Shown here: one piece after another, positions 24,275-37,325 of the stretch
How positions within the stretch are numbered: position 1 is the stretch's first letter
How the letters are laid out: every line of letters begins with the position of its first letter
Notes under the pieces: generated by a model
The model's input: only the letters and a program-made list of their open reading frames with translations
Told to the model about the DNA's origin: nothing
Database searches by the model: none
Made by a program: the position numbers and the translations under genes
Assembly: GCA_951406725.2 (NCBI GenBank)
Contig: OX597843.1
Location: forward strand, 17,174,001 to 17,238,000
Direction: 5' to 3'
Source: Octopus vulgaris
Lineage: Eukaryota
DNA length: 64,000 nt

Positions 24275-25052
24275 AGGCGCAGGAGTGGCTGTGTGGTAAG
24301 TAGCTTGCTAACCAACCACATGGTTCCGGGTTCAGTCCCACTGCGTGGCATCTTGGACAAGTGTCTTCTACTATGGCCTCGGGCTGGCCAAAGCCTTGTG
24401 AGTGGATTTGGCAGATGGAAACTGAAAGAAGCCCGTCGTATATATGTATATATACATATATATATGTGTGTATTTGTGTTTCTGTGTTTGTCCCCCTAGC
24501 ATTGCTTGACAACCGATGTTGGTGTGTTTACGTCCCCGTAACTTAGCGGTTCGGCAAAAGAGACCGATAGAATAAGTCCCGGGGTCGAGTTGTTCGATTA
24601 AAGGCGGTGCTCCAGCATGGCCACAGTCAAATGACTGAAACAAATAAAAGAGTAAAGAGAGTAAACAATACACTATCAGCATCGTTTAACGTCCGCTTTC
24701 CATGCTAGCATGGGCTGGACGATTTGACTGAGGACTGGCGAACCAGATGGCTGCACCAGGCTCCAGTCTGATCTGGCAGAGTTTCTACAGCTGGATGCCC
24801 TTCCTAACGCCAACCACTCCGAGAGTGTAGTGGGTGCTTTTACATGGTGGGTGCCGGCATGAGGGCCAGTCAGGTGGTACTGGCAAACACCTCGCTCAAA
24901 TCTTTTTACACATGCCCCTGGCACAGGTGCCCAGTAAGGCGACACTGGTAACAATCATGCTCGAATGGCGCCTTTTATGTGTGACTGGCATGAGGGCCAG
25001 TCAGGTGGTACTGGCAAACACCTCGCTCGAATGTTTTTCATGTGCTACCAGC
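24275..25052. mobile_element. SINE A (+, about 24275-24664) followed by RTE 3'-UTR copy (-, about 24680-25052)
   Basis: Matches to 8298-8699 and to the reverse complement of the RTE UTR. Confidence 0.85.
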
Positions 25053-25075
25053 ACACATATATATATATATTAAAG

Positions 25076-25365
25076 TATTAATTTGAAAAGACAAGTTCCA
25101 AGGTCGGTAATTCTCCTCATCAAAGCCGACACATATCTGAACACGGAGGGCATATATAAGTCATTATAAGCATGCGAGACACATAACAAATAAAAACATA
25201 TATATATATATATATAATAGTGTAATTCCGTACCCGGAGTTACACTATTATATGTATATATATATATGTTTTTATTTGTTATGCTTTTGCATATAATGGC
25301 TTAGATATGTGTCGGCTTTGACAAAGAGTATTATTGACCTTGGAACTTGTTTTTTCAAATTAATA
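25076..25365. repeat. Long imperfect inverted repeat (foldback)
   Basis: Arms TATTAATTTGAAAAGACAAGTTCCAAGGTC... and ...GACCTTGGAACTTGTTTTTTCAAATTAATA; centre TCCG-TACC-CGGA. Confidence 0.9.
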
Positions 25366-25757
25366 ATTAAATCTAATTGCTCAATAAATCGAGCCCTATG
25401 CTATTGTTTCTTGAAAAGAGTCCACCTCCATAACTTTTCATTACTTATATATATATATATCATGAAATAAGTATAAGAATGGGCATTGTCCGTTTAATTG
25501 AAAAATTCTATATGTGCCTGAAGATTGCTCGATATTTTAAAACTGATGTAATACTTACAGTGTTTAATAAAATGAAGTAGCATGAAACAATTGTACTACT
25601 CTACCTTGGATATCCTTGTTGCTTATTTTTGATTATAATCATCCCATTTGATTTATATGGATAATACCATACGAAATTCTGGTGCCTTTAACTTAAGTAC
25701 CATATTCATCTGAATCTATATTTTTCATTACTTATATATATATATATATATTTTTTT

Positions 25758-26470
25758 TTACTTGTTTCAGTCATTTGACTGCGGCCATGCTGGAGCACCG
25801 CCTTTAGTCAAGCAGATCGACCCCCAGGACTTATTCTTTGTAAGCCCAGTACTTATTCTATCGGTCTCTTTTTGCCGAACCGCTAAGTGACGGGGACATA
25901 AACACACCAGCATCGGTTGTCAAGCAATGCTAGGGGGACAAACACAGACACACAAACATATACACACACATACATATATATATATACATATATACGACAG
26001 GCTTCTTTCAGTTTCCATCTACCAAATCCACTCACAAGGCATTGGTCGGCCCGGGGCTATAGCAGAAGACACTTGCCCAAGGTGCCACGCAGTGGGACTG
26101 AACCCGGAACCATGTGGTTGGTTAGCAAGCTACTTACCACACAGCCACATATATATATATAAGATGTTCTGGGTTCAGTGTCACAGTGTGGAATTTAGGG
26201 CAAGTGTTTTCCACTACAGCCTCAGGCCAACCAAAGCCTTGTGAGTGGATTTGGTAGAAGGAAACTGAAAGAAGCTGTTGTATCGATGTATGTGTCTGTA
26301 TTTGTCCCCTACCACTGCTTGACAACCGGTGTTGGTTTCTTTACATCCGTATAACTTAGCAGCTCAATAAAACGAGACCAATATAAAGTACCAGGCTTTT
26401 TAAAAATAAAATAGTACTAGGGTCGATTCATTTGAAGTTCTCCAAGGTGGTGCCCCAGCATGGCCGCAGT
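25758..26470. mobile_element. SINE A (-, about 25758-26148) head-to-head with a diverged SINE A (+)
   Basis: Sequence identity to family A. Confidence 0.82.
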
Positions 26471-27605
26471 AAAAAAAAGAAAATACTCAAGTGTACACTA
26501 ATCAAGCAGACCAAGAATCATAGTTGATCCAGTTATGACCATCCAGTATTTTATTCAAATTTGTCTAAAACTACACAAGTCAGAATGTCCCTTTTTAAAA
26601 AATTAGTACGGTTTGATTTTAAGGAGATTTTGCCTGCTATTTCTAGCAGATGGTGAAACCACATAGAGGAACAGCAATAGAAGTACCTATACCGAAAGAT
26701 CGCCAAATAATCGTATTCTACACCACCTGTAAAGTATTTGTAGAAGATTTCATTAAAAAATATCGATTTTTCTGAAAGTTATATGGAAGCAAAAAAATTG
26801 ATGAAGTGGGGCACACAAGTGTAGGTGTGCCTTCAAATTTAATTAAAACTGTCTTTTGTATTTAATGGTAATTTAATTTATCGACTCCAGGTGTCTAATA
26901 GGGAAAGTTCGACGTAGCTAAACACCTAAGGGCTTTGCACCATCGTCCGTACCAAAACCATTATCACAATAAGAGCGAACGAGACTTTTAGTAAAAAGCG
27001 TTCGACCTGCTAGAAATAGCAGTTAGTACATCTAATTCAAATCACCCCTCACCGTCTTAGTGAAGGTCATGTGCGTTTAATGTGGTCTTTTGTTTCTTGT
27101 ATGGAGGAAAAGACGGGGTGGTCACGTTGGACTATTTTTGGTGATATATCTACCCGATCAGATTTCACCCGGGGCTAAATCAAAACAGCCTCCAGGTCTG
27201 TGATCCAACTATAAACATAGAAGAGCTTCTTTCATGGCTCCTCCACCTGCTAGAAATAGCAGCCAAATTCTCGCTCTGATCTCACTCTTGACTATATTAG
27301 AAAAAAAAAAGGACACATTCGATAATATCATAAAAAAACAAGGACAGGAGTGTCAAGGCTGGAATGCATTTGATCATAGTTGACCGTGGGCCAAGCAGTA
27401 ACAACTTCTATTGCTGTTCCTCTATGTGGTTTCACCATCTGCTAGAAATAGCAGGCAAAATCTCCTTAAAATCAAACCTTGCTAATTTTTTTAATAAGGG
27501 ACATTCTGACTTGTGTAGTTTTAGACAAAATTGAAGAAAATACTGGATGGTCCATAACTGGATAACAGAAACCCTTTTCTCCCACCTCTAACCCTAACCG
27601 TAACC

Positions 27606-27662
<57 letters not shown>

Positions 27663-28057
27663 AAAAAAACACTTTCTTGAAATGTATCCGGTACTTCCGG
27701 TACCTATACCGAAGTTACGCCGATTATTTTGGGATTTTGTGTGTTTTAAAAACAAGAAAAGGAAAAGAAAGGGAAAATGGTGAGCACACATACATACGGA
27801 CAAACATTAGTAAGGTTTGATTTTAAGGAGATTTTGCCTGCTATTTCTAGCAGATGGCGAAACCACATAGAGGAACAGCAATAGAAGTTGTTACTGCTTG
27901 GCCCACGGTCAACTATGATCAAATGCATTCCAGCCATGACGTCCTTGTTTTTTTTTATGCTATTATCGTATAAAATTTAAAGTTCCATTTTATAGATTTA
28001 TGTGATGTGTGATGTATATTTCCATAATTAATCGTAATCTACCCCATCTGAAAGGTG

Positions 28058-28260
28058 TTTACTCTTTACTTGTTTCAGTCATTTTGACTGCGGCCATACT
28101 GGAGCACCGCCTTTAGTCGAGCAAATCGACCCCGGGACTTATTTTTTGTAAGCCCAGTGCTTATTCTATCGGTCTCTTTTGCCGAACCGCTAAGTGACGG
28201 GGACGTAAACACACCAGCATCGGTTGTCAAGCAATGCTAGGGGGACAAACACAAACACAG

Positions 28261-28291
<31 letters not shown>

Positions 28292-29235
28292 CGACAGGCT
28301 TCTTTCAGTTTCCGTCTACCAAATCCACTCACAAGGCTTTGGTCGGCCCGGGGCTATAGTAGAAAACACTTGCCCAAGATGCCACGCAGTGGGACTGAAC
28401 CCGGAACCATGTGGTTGGTTAGCAAGCTATTTACCACACAGAAGATTTGATTAAAAAATACCAATTTTTATTCTTTTAAAGCTATGCAGAAACGAACTCG
28501 GTGGAGGGGGCACGTTTATGTAGGTCTGCCTACAAATTAAACAGATTGATGTATTTGATGATACTAGATAAAGTCGACATCGGCGGGATTTGAAGTCAGA
28601 ACTTAAACAGACGTACGTAAACACCGCAAGGCACGACCTATTCCGCCCTGGCACCATCATGCATACCAAAACAGCTTGCTTACCAACCACATGGTTCCGG
28701 GTTCAGTCCCACTGCGTGGCACCTTAGGCAAGTGTCTTCTGCTACAGCCCCGGGCCGACCAAAGCCTTGTGAGTGGATTTGGTAGATGGAAACTGAAAGA
28801 AGCCCATCGTATATATGTACACACACACACATATATATATATATATAGGCGCAGGAGTAGCTGTGTGGTAAGTAGCTTGCTCACCAACCACATGGTTCTG
28901 GGTTCAGTCCCACTGCGTGGTACCTTGGGCAAGTGTCTTCTGCTATAGCCTCGGACCGACCAATGCCTTGTGAGTGGATTTGGTAGACGGAAACTGAAAG
29001 GAGCCCATCGTATATATGTATATATATATATATATGCGTGTGTGTGTTTGTCCCCCTAGCATTGCTTGACAACCGATGCTGGTGTGTTTATGTCCCCGTC
29101 ACTTAGCGATTCGACAAAAGAGACTGATAGAATAAGTACTGGGCTTACAAAGAATAAGTCCCGGGGTCGATTTGCTCGACTAAATGCGGTGCTCCAGCAT
29201 GGCCGCAGTCAAATGACTGGAAACAAGTAAAAGAG
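28058..29235. mobile_element. SINE A (-, about 28058-28440) and double-headed SINE A (+, about 28673-29235)
   Basis: Sequence identity to family A. Confidence 0.85.
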
Positions 29236-29314
29236 AGAGACCACCACCATAAGAGGAAAGGCGGTGTTGGTCGAAAGGAGACTGAATGTCAAACGAGAAA
29301 AACTCTTCACTTAC

Positions 29315-29737
29315 CTCGGTCCCTGGCTCGGGTTTTCATTTTATCCAGATTGTAAACCTCAATTACAAAGTTATTCGGTGCGTCCGGAGGCCGAGGGGCC
29401 TGGAAACCATTTGTGGCCATCAGAGCAGGGTTAGCGGTCAGCTTGTGGTTTTCCACGGAAACGGGTAGAGAACCGGGTAGCGAGGCCACACCGGACGACA
29501 CGACTGTGTTCACACTGTTGTTGGTGTTGCTCTTGCTGTGGTCGGTGTTGTAGAAGCTGTTGAAGTGGTCACCGGACAACAGGGAGACGTTGACCCCCTC
29601 TTTTCTTTCCATTTCAAGTCTCTGAATATATTTGCGTACTTCTCTTGCGCTGGTCTTGAGGTCGTTGTTTAAACCACAGGTCAATCCTAGACGGAGAGAC
29701 CTATGATCAAAGACATCCAAGTGGCCATCCCGTATAC
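29315..29737 (-). CDS. C2H2 zinc-finger gene, probable first coding exon (likely ATG at 29612, MERKEG...)
   Basis: Unique non-repeat open frame; acceptor TTTAACATCAG|, donor CGAG|GTAAGT in phase 1 matching the 21239 exon. ATG to stop totals 298+90+2567 = 2955 nt (984 aa). The frame is also open upstream of the ATG. Confidence 0.72.
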
Positions 29738-30249
29738 CTGATGTTAAAGCTAATGTATATTTAAAACTACATTATCCATGTCCTTCTTTAAAGACAGTAA
29801 CGGTGTATGTAATTTGAGAGATTTCAATGCTATTTCTCACAAGTCATGGAACCAATTGCTCGTTTTGTGGTTGTTGCTGGTGTTATGTAACTATTTAGAC
29901 CTAAGTCAACCCTAATAAAACAAATCTGCTATCAAAAGGTTCTCAATTCACAACCATCGCGTTTTTTCTCTTGGAATAGTGTACGTTGGACTACATTATT
30001 CAATGTGTCTCTATGTGTGTGAATGCGTGCATATATATGTGTGTGTGTGTGCTTTAAAGACGGTGAGGTATGATTTGAGGTAAGTTTTAACTGCTATTTC
30101 TAGCAAGTTAAGTGACGGCATAGAGGAATCCTGGAAGTCATATTATTATTATTATTATTATTGTTGTTGTTGTTGCTGGAAGAACTTAATGAGAAATTAA
30201 ATAAACAAAATTGGAAATTAAAAAAAGAAAAAGTTAAAAAACAAGTCTT

Positions 30250-30480
30250 CACACACTTAATTGCCCGAATTAGTCCCCTAATTTTTTTATCCGGGGGTTC
30301 GAATACACACGAATTTTCAAAGATAAGAAACGAACCCCCGCGCCACAAGAACGACACCAGAATCACCACAGACAACAACAACAACAGCAACACAAACAAT
30401 TATGTCAATTACAATAAACTATAAATAAATACAGAAATATGTTGTGTCCCGGATAAACGTCAATCTCTGGGTTTCTACAC
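30250..30480 (-). promoter_or_regulatory. Possible 5' non-coding exon / promoter region of the ZNF gene
   Basis: Unique, locally CpG-rich island just upstream of the first coding exon; no splice donor confidently identified. Confidence 0.3.
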
Positions 30481-30489
30481 AACACTGCG

Positions 30490-30846
30490 TCTATGTATGT
30501 ATGTATGTGCGTATATATATATATAAATGTTATTCTATAAATACATTTATGGTTGTGTTTACCTGTTTATATATACATGTGAATGTGCATGTATATATAT
30601 GTATGTGTGTGTGTATATATGTGTGTGGGTGTATATGTGAATGTATGTATATATATATATATATATTGTATGTATGTGTGTATATATATAAATGTTATTC
30701 TATAAATACATTTAGGCTTGTGTTTATATATACGTGTGTATGTGAATGTGCATATATATATGTGTGTGTGTATATATATAAATGTTATTCTATAAATACA
30801 TTTAAGGTTGTGTTTACCTGTTTATATATACGTGTGAATGTGCATG

Positions 30847-30887
<41 letters not shown>

Positions 30888-31000
30888 ATATAAATGTTAT
30901 TCTATAAATACATTTAAGCTTGTGTTTACGTGTTTATATATACTTGTTTGTCTGTGTTTATGTGGGTAGTAAAGAAATATATATATACTGTGAATGTGCA

Positions 31001-31031
<31 letters not shown>

Positions 31032-31132
31032 GTGAGTGTATGTGAATGTATATATATATATATGTTATTCTATAAATACATTTATGCTTGTTTATGTGTT
31101 TATATATACGTGTGTATGTGAATATGCATGTG

Positions 31133-31189
<57 letters not shown>

Positions 31190-31390
31190 ATAAATGTTAA
31201 TCTATAAATACATTTATGCTTGTTTACCTGTTTATGTGAATATGCATGTGTATATATATATATGTATATGTGTGTGTGTGGGTGTATATAAATTACTCTA
31301 TAAGTACATTTGTGTCTATACGTGTTGATATGTGTTTACGCACACACACATATATATATACATGTGTGTGTGTGTTTATGTGTGTGTATA
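30490..31390. repeat. Compound minisatellite: ATAAATGTTATTCTATAAATACATTT anchor about x7, separated by TA/TG microsatellites
   Basis: Anchor at about 30521, 30687, 30777, 30889, 31060, 31189 and 31289 (degenerate). Confidence 0.85.
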
Positions 31391-33459
31391 TGTGATATAA
31401 AGAATGTGAAATTGATTCCGGAGACGGTAAACATACAACATATATACATCCGCGTGTTTTGTTGTTGTATACATACATATACGCATCTATACACCTAAAC
31501 ACACACACACAGGCATATATATCTATATGTATATCTGCCTATCTACATATAAAGGGGAAAAGATACGTATATATCCATTATACATGTATATATATTGCGT
31601 ATATATCCGTTATACATGTATGTATATTGTGTATATATTTACAAATGCAAAAGACACCTGGTGGCCAGTGGAACTCTTCTGTGCCGAAAACGAGGAAGAG
31701 TGTACTTTCTCGTCTCCCTTCGCTGGAGAGTGTCAGCCAATCAGTATAAAAGCGAAGCTGTCGGTGGCGGTTGAAGACCAGCTTGGGAGTTGCCGGTTGG
31801 AAGGAGCGACACGCTGGGCCGATTATTGAAGTCATTGGATCTTTTCGGGGAATTACAACCGTGTTTCGTGGTCTGCTACCACAACAGCTCCTTTATTGGA
31901 TCCAGTTAGCTCAGCTCAAGACATCATCAGGAGGAACCACGTCCGGTTTCGGACCCCTACTCCTCTACCGTTTTGACATGGCGAGGGCCCCCTTTCGGAG
32001 GTGTCTTCGTTCTTCTTCTGTTCCCTGGCCTCTTTGATGTATCGTCAGCGAGTGTCAGCCGGTGACTGACAGTCTCTGAGGAATTTCAACCGTGTTTCGT
32101 GGTCTGCTACCACAACAGCTCCTTTTTAGGATCCAGTTAGCTCAAGACATCGTCAGAAGGAACCACGTCCGGTTTCGGCCCATACTCCTCTACCGTTTTG
32201 ACGTGGCGGGACCCCTACTTTCGGAGGTATCTTCAGCTCTGGTGTTGGGTGGTTCAGTTCCACTGCTTAGCACCCTAGGCAAGCATCTTCTACTTTATCC
32301 CCCAGATTGGTGAACTTGGTAAATGGAAACTAAAAGAATCCTCTCATATATATATACTGAGGAATTTCAACCGTGTTTTGTGGTCTGCTACCACAACAGC
32401 TCCTTTATAGGATCCAGTTAGCTCAAGACATCATCAGGAGGAACCACGTCCGCTTTCGGACCCCTACTCCTCTACCGTTTTGACGTGGCGGGGTCCCTAC
32501 TTTCGGAGGTGTCTTCAGATCTGGTGTTGGGTGGTTCAGTCCCACTGCTAAGTACCCTAGGCAAGCATCTTCTACTTTATCCCCCAGATTGGTGAACTTG
32601 GTAAATGGAAACTAAATGAATCCTCTCATATATACACTAAGGAATTTCAACCGTGTTTCATGGTCTGCTACCACAACAGCTCCTTTATAGGATCCAGTTA
32701 GCTCAAGACATCATCAGGAGGAACCACGTCCGGTTTCGGCCCCTACTCCTCTACCGTTTTGACGTGTCCCCCGCTTTCAGAGGTGTCTTCAGCTCTGGTG
32801 TTGGGTGCATGTTTTCTTTCTGCTGTTCCCTGGCCTCTTCGATAAATCGTCAGCCGGTGACTGACTGTCTTGTCAAATTTCCCCCTTAAAATTTGACAAG
32901 AGAAATTTTTTGAACGGCAGTTTTTTCTAGTGGTGTCATATGAAATTGTCACCCGAAATTATGACCCTAGTATCGATCTATTGCATTTCAATCTATTTTA
33001 GGGGTGGAGGGAAGGGTATCTTATTTTTCTTCATAAATGTGGCAGAATCGTTAGCATGCCAGGAAAAATGCTTAGCAGCATTTCATGTCTTTACATTCTG
33101 AGTTCAAATTCCACCAAGGTCGACTTTGCCTTTCATCCTTTCAGAGTCAATATATTAAGGATCAATTGCATACTGGGGTTGATCTAATTGACTGACTCAC
33201 CTCCAACAAAATTTCAGGTCTTGTACCTATAGTAGAAAGGAGGATGATTATTATTATTATTATTATTATTAAGGCAGCAAGCTGGCAGAATTGTTAGCAG
33301 CCTGGGAAAAATGCCTGGTGGTATTCTGTCCATCATAATGTCCCAAGTTCTTTGATGTATCGTCAGCAAGTGTCAGCCGATGACTGACTGACTTGTCAAA
33401 TTTTTCCCCTTAAATACCTGCCGCTAGGCTCCAGCAGGCAGCCTCGGCAAGTTGTCACA
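31391..33459 (+). mobile_element. LTR-like repeat with internal tandem duplications (four ~130-150-bp modules) and later insertions
   Basis: TGTGATA...TGTCACA ends and a CCAATCAGTATAAAA promoter-like motif at about 31737. The module GAATTTCAACCGTGTTTCGTGGTCTGC... occurs at about 31850, 32080, 32361 and 32641. No TSD found. Confidence 0.4.
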
Positions 33460-34148
33460 TGACACTGTCTCACCTTAACCGACTAGTGAAGGCGCATAGT
33501 TTTAGAGTTACATCTCTTTAGGTTAAGAGTTCAAATCTATCATGTTCCATTTTTTTGTCATTTATCCAATGCAGCAAAGAAAAAGAGTTTTCAGTTCGAA
33601 TCACACGTGTCTCAAGGTGTGCTGGGGAATTTCTAATTTGGATATATTAGGGGTACTTAATTGTGCTCATGACATAGTGTTTGCTTCTTCCATGGGTATA
33701 AGTAAGTATTTCATTTATTTCTTACCGTATTTATCGCTGATGAGGAGAAAATTCTTATGAATTAACTCTAAAATTCGGACTGATAGAATAATAACGGAAT
33801 TTTTTAGAAATTTTTGTCGGCTTACCTCGAGATGCGTGCTTATAGTGATGAATTATATGGTTATTGACGATGTGTCTATTTTCGGCATATTTGGCATTAG
33901 AAATTTTCTTCTTTTGTCCTTGTTTATAAGTTGTTTATATATATATATTTTCTTTTATTCTTTTACTTATTTCAATCATGTAACTGCAGCCATACTGGAG
34001 CACCACCTTGAAATGCTTTTGCCCACAGGGAGACATGATCCTCAAATTAAAAGTCTGATGCTCTACCAACTGATATTTATGCGTGTATAAATGAGTGTAT
34101 ATACACATATATATATATATATACACACATTAAATGATATATATACAT

Positions 34149-34790
34149 AGGCGTAGGAGTGGCTGTGTGGTAAGTAGCTTGCTAACCAACCACATGGTTC
34201 CGGGTTCAGTCCCACTGCGTGGCATCTTGGGCAAGTGTCTTCTGCTATAGCCCCGGGTCGACCAATGCCATGTGAGTGGATTTGGTAGACGGAAACTTAA
34301 AGAAGACTGTCATATATATGTATATATATATATATATGTGTGTGTCTGTGTTTGTCCCCCTAGCATTGCTTGATAACCGATGCTGGTGTGTTTACGTCCC
34401 CGTCACTTAGCGGTTCGGCAAAAAGAGACCGATAGAATAAGTACTGGGCTTACAAAGAATAAGTCCTGGGGTCGATTTGCTCGACTAAAGGTGGTGCTCC
34501 AGCATGGCTGCATTCAAATGACTGAAACAAGTAAAATAAAATAAATATATATATATATATATAATATATGATGATATATATGTGTCTGTGCTTCTTTCCC
34601 CCATCACCGCTTGACAACCAGTGTTGGTGTGTTTATATCCCCATAACATACGGGGATATAAAAGAGACCAATAGAATAAGAACTGGGCTTAAAAAGAAAA
34701 AGGCCTGGGATCGATTTGTTCGACTAAAACCCTTCAAGGCGGTGCTCCAGCATGGCAACAGTCAAATGACTGAAATTAGTAAAAGATAAA
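34149..34790 (+). mobile_element. SINE A plus an extra diverged tail
   Basis: Identity to family A. Confidence 0.85.
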
Positions 34791-35960
34791 AGGCCAATTA
34801 TAAAATAGCTTTAATATCTTTAAAATATACATTGGTGTCCAGAATGAGGAACTCGCTTAAGGTCTGAAGCCAAGGTGGGGGACCAACCACACTTACACAT
34901 AGACATGCAGATACATACATACACACACACATATATATGCATACATACACACACACATATATATATGCAAATATACAAACTCTCATACACACTAACGCAC
35001 ATACATACAAGCACATATACAAATGCTCATAGTATCTCACACATACACACGGAAACACATTGAGACATCTGTATGTATGTGTGTGTGTGTGTGTGTGTAA
35101 ACAGACATTCATACATACACAAACACACACTCACAAACATACAGACTGCAATAAATATACACTCTGTTTCATACACACACATATCATAATTTATAGATAT
35201 TTATACACACACAAAACCAAACTATATATATACACTCTGTTTCATACACACATATAATTTATAGATATTCATAAACACACACACACATGCACACACACAC
35301 ACACACACACATACACAAACTCTCCCATTACACAACGACGGCTGAGGGTTCCACAGAGTCTTGCCGAATGACCTGCACAGATGCTTTGTTTGCAGTCATT
35401 AAATGTTTGTGCTGTTGCATTGGCTCGCATCCTGCATTAGATCAGCATCGCCTGTACAGGTACAACAAGTGCGTCGCATGTCAGGAGCCGAAGAGACCGA
35501 TGAGCAACATGAGATGAAGTGTTTTGCTCAAGAACACGATGCACTGGCCCAGGTTGGGAATCGAAACCACAATCTAACAATTGTGAATGCAACACTGTAA
35601 CCACAAGGCCACACACTTTCACATATATACACACACACATACATATATACATATATATATACCATCATCGTTTAACGTCCTCCTTCCATGCTGGTATGAG
35701 TTGGATATATATATATATCATCATCATCATCATCATCGTCGTTTAGCATCCGTTTTCCATGCTATATATATATTTTAGTATAACGCACATCCCGAGCATT
35801 ATACTAATACATCTGTTTGTTGTCTACACCACCTGTCTTCGTCTTGTCTTTGTTCTGAATTCTTCCTATATATATATAATAATAATATTAGGGAGTAAAT
35901 CCAAACTTACAGGGAAAAATTAGATTTAGGATTAAATCTAATTTTACAGTATAAATATAA

Positions 35961-36186
35961 ATTAAATTAGAGATAAAACCACTATTAGGCAAATCAGACA
36001 GTGAAAAACATAAACCAAAACATAGAAATAAAATTAATTAATATAATATACAAAATATATAAAAAATATTAAAAATATATAAAAAATATAATTTTGTATA
36101 TTATATTAATTAATTTTATTTCTATGTTTTGGTTTATGTTTTTCACCGTCTGATTTGCCTAATAGTGGTTTTATCTCTAATTTAAT
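35961..36186. repeat. Long near-perfect inverted repeat (about 100-bp arms)
   Basis: ATTAAATTAGAGATAAAACCACTATTAGGCAAATCAGAC... versus ...GTCTGATTTGCCTAATAGTGGTTTTATCTCTAATTTAAT. Confidence 0.92.
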
Positions 36187-36204
36187 ATATATATTGATGG
36201 TGAT

Positions 36205-36546
36205 GGCGCATGGCTCAGTGGTTAGAGCATCGAGCTTATAATTGTGAGGTTGTGAGCTCGAATCCCGGACCGGGCTGCGTGTTGTGTTCTTGAGCAAGGC
36301 ACTTTATTTCACGTTGCTCCAGTTCACTCAGCTGTAGAAATGAGTTGCGACGTCACTGGTGCCAAGCTGTATCGACCTTTGTCTTTCCCTTGGATAACAC
36401 TAGAGGCGTGGATGGGGGAGGCTGGTATGCATGGGCGACTGCTGGTCTTCCATAAAAAACAACCTTGCCCGGACTTGTGTCTAGGAGGGTAACTTTCTAG
36501 GTGCAATCCCATGGTCATTCATGACCGAAGGGGGTCTTTACCCTTA
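36205..36546 (+). mobile_element. tRNA-derived CORE-type SINE (family C)
   Basis: GGCGCATGGCTCAGTGGTTAG...CTCGAATCCC head and GTGTTCTTGAGCAAGGCACTT CORE-like segment. Related copies at about 35330-35610 (-), 42240-42525 (-), 44745-44910, 58067-58358 (-) and 59715-59955. Confidence 0.78.
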
Positions 36547-36706
36547 TTGATGGTGATGATGATGATACATGTATATTATATATGTGTGTATATATGTATG
36601 TATATATAAGATTCATCTTTTCTTATTCAAATCATTCATACACACACAATTTGAATAAGAGAAGAAGAGGAGATTCTTTCAGTTTCCTTCCCTCCAGCTG
36701 AGATCA

Positions 36707-36901
36707 CTAAAATTTCATAGAAAATATCTTGGCAATTCTGTGAGCTTCCTCGTGAGAGGGTGGGTGGTGGTAGTTCTGTGGTAGCTTCTGATTATTGGTT
36801 TCCCTTTCAGACACCTGATCAGCATTTGGCCGTGACAACTTATTGACCAATTCCTTCCTTGCTTCCACCTGGCCGTCCTGCCTTGTTTGGTCAAAGGTGT
36901 C
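36707..36901 (-). CDS. C2CD3: C2CD3 terminal exon
   Basis: Acceptor TTTGCTTTACAG|, phase 0. Encodes DTFDQ...EEAHRIAKIFSMKF*, matching the conserved C2CD3 C-terminal RIARIFS motif. Confidence 0.88.
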   Translation of the reverse strand, partial: DTFDQTRQDGQVEARKELVNKLSRPNADQVSERETNNQKLPQNYHHPPSHEEAHRIAKIFSMKF

Positions 36902-37325
36902 CTGTAAAGCAAAACTGCTTTAATGAGAAATTAAATTCAGAAAAATTTTGCATTTTTTATCCCCAGCCCGTCATTGTCACCCTTCCCTCTACATCACTTT
37001 TCCCTAACAGGGACCCTTACTGCATGCCAGTATAGACAGTATACTCCTCTTAAATATAGACTAGCTTAACAGCTTTTAATCCTGAAAGCGGCGAACTGGC
37101 AGAAACGTTAGCACGTCGGGCGAAATGCATAGCCGTATTTCATCTGCCGTTACATTGTGAGTTCAAATTCCGCCAAGGTCGACTTTACCTTTCATCCTTT
37201 CGGGGTCGATAAATTAAGTACCAGTTACGCACTGGGGTCAATGTAATCGACTTAATACCTATGTCTGTTCTTGTTTGTCCCCTCTATGTTTAGCCCCATG
37301 TGGGTAATAAAGAAATAGCTTTTAA

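Noticed and set aside
36715-36912. Listed 65-aa ORF MLYRTPL...
   Set aside because: Wrong frame; the coding frame is 36901-36707 (DTFDQ...RIAKIFSMKF).
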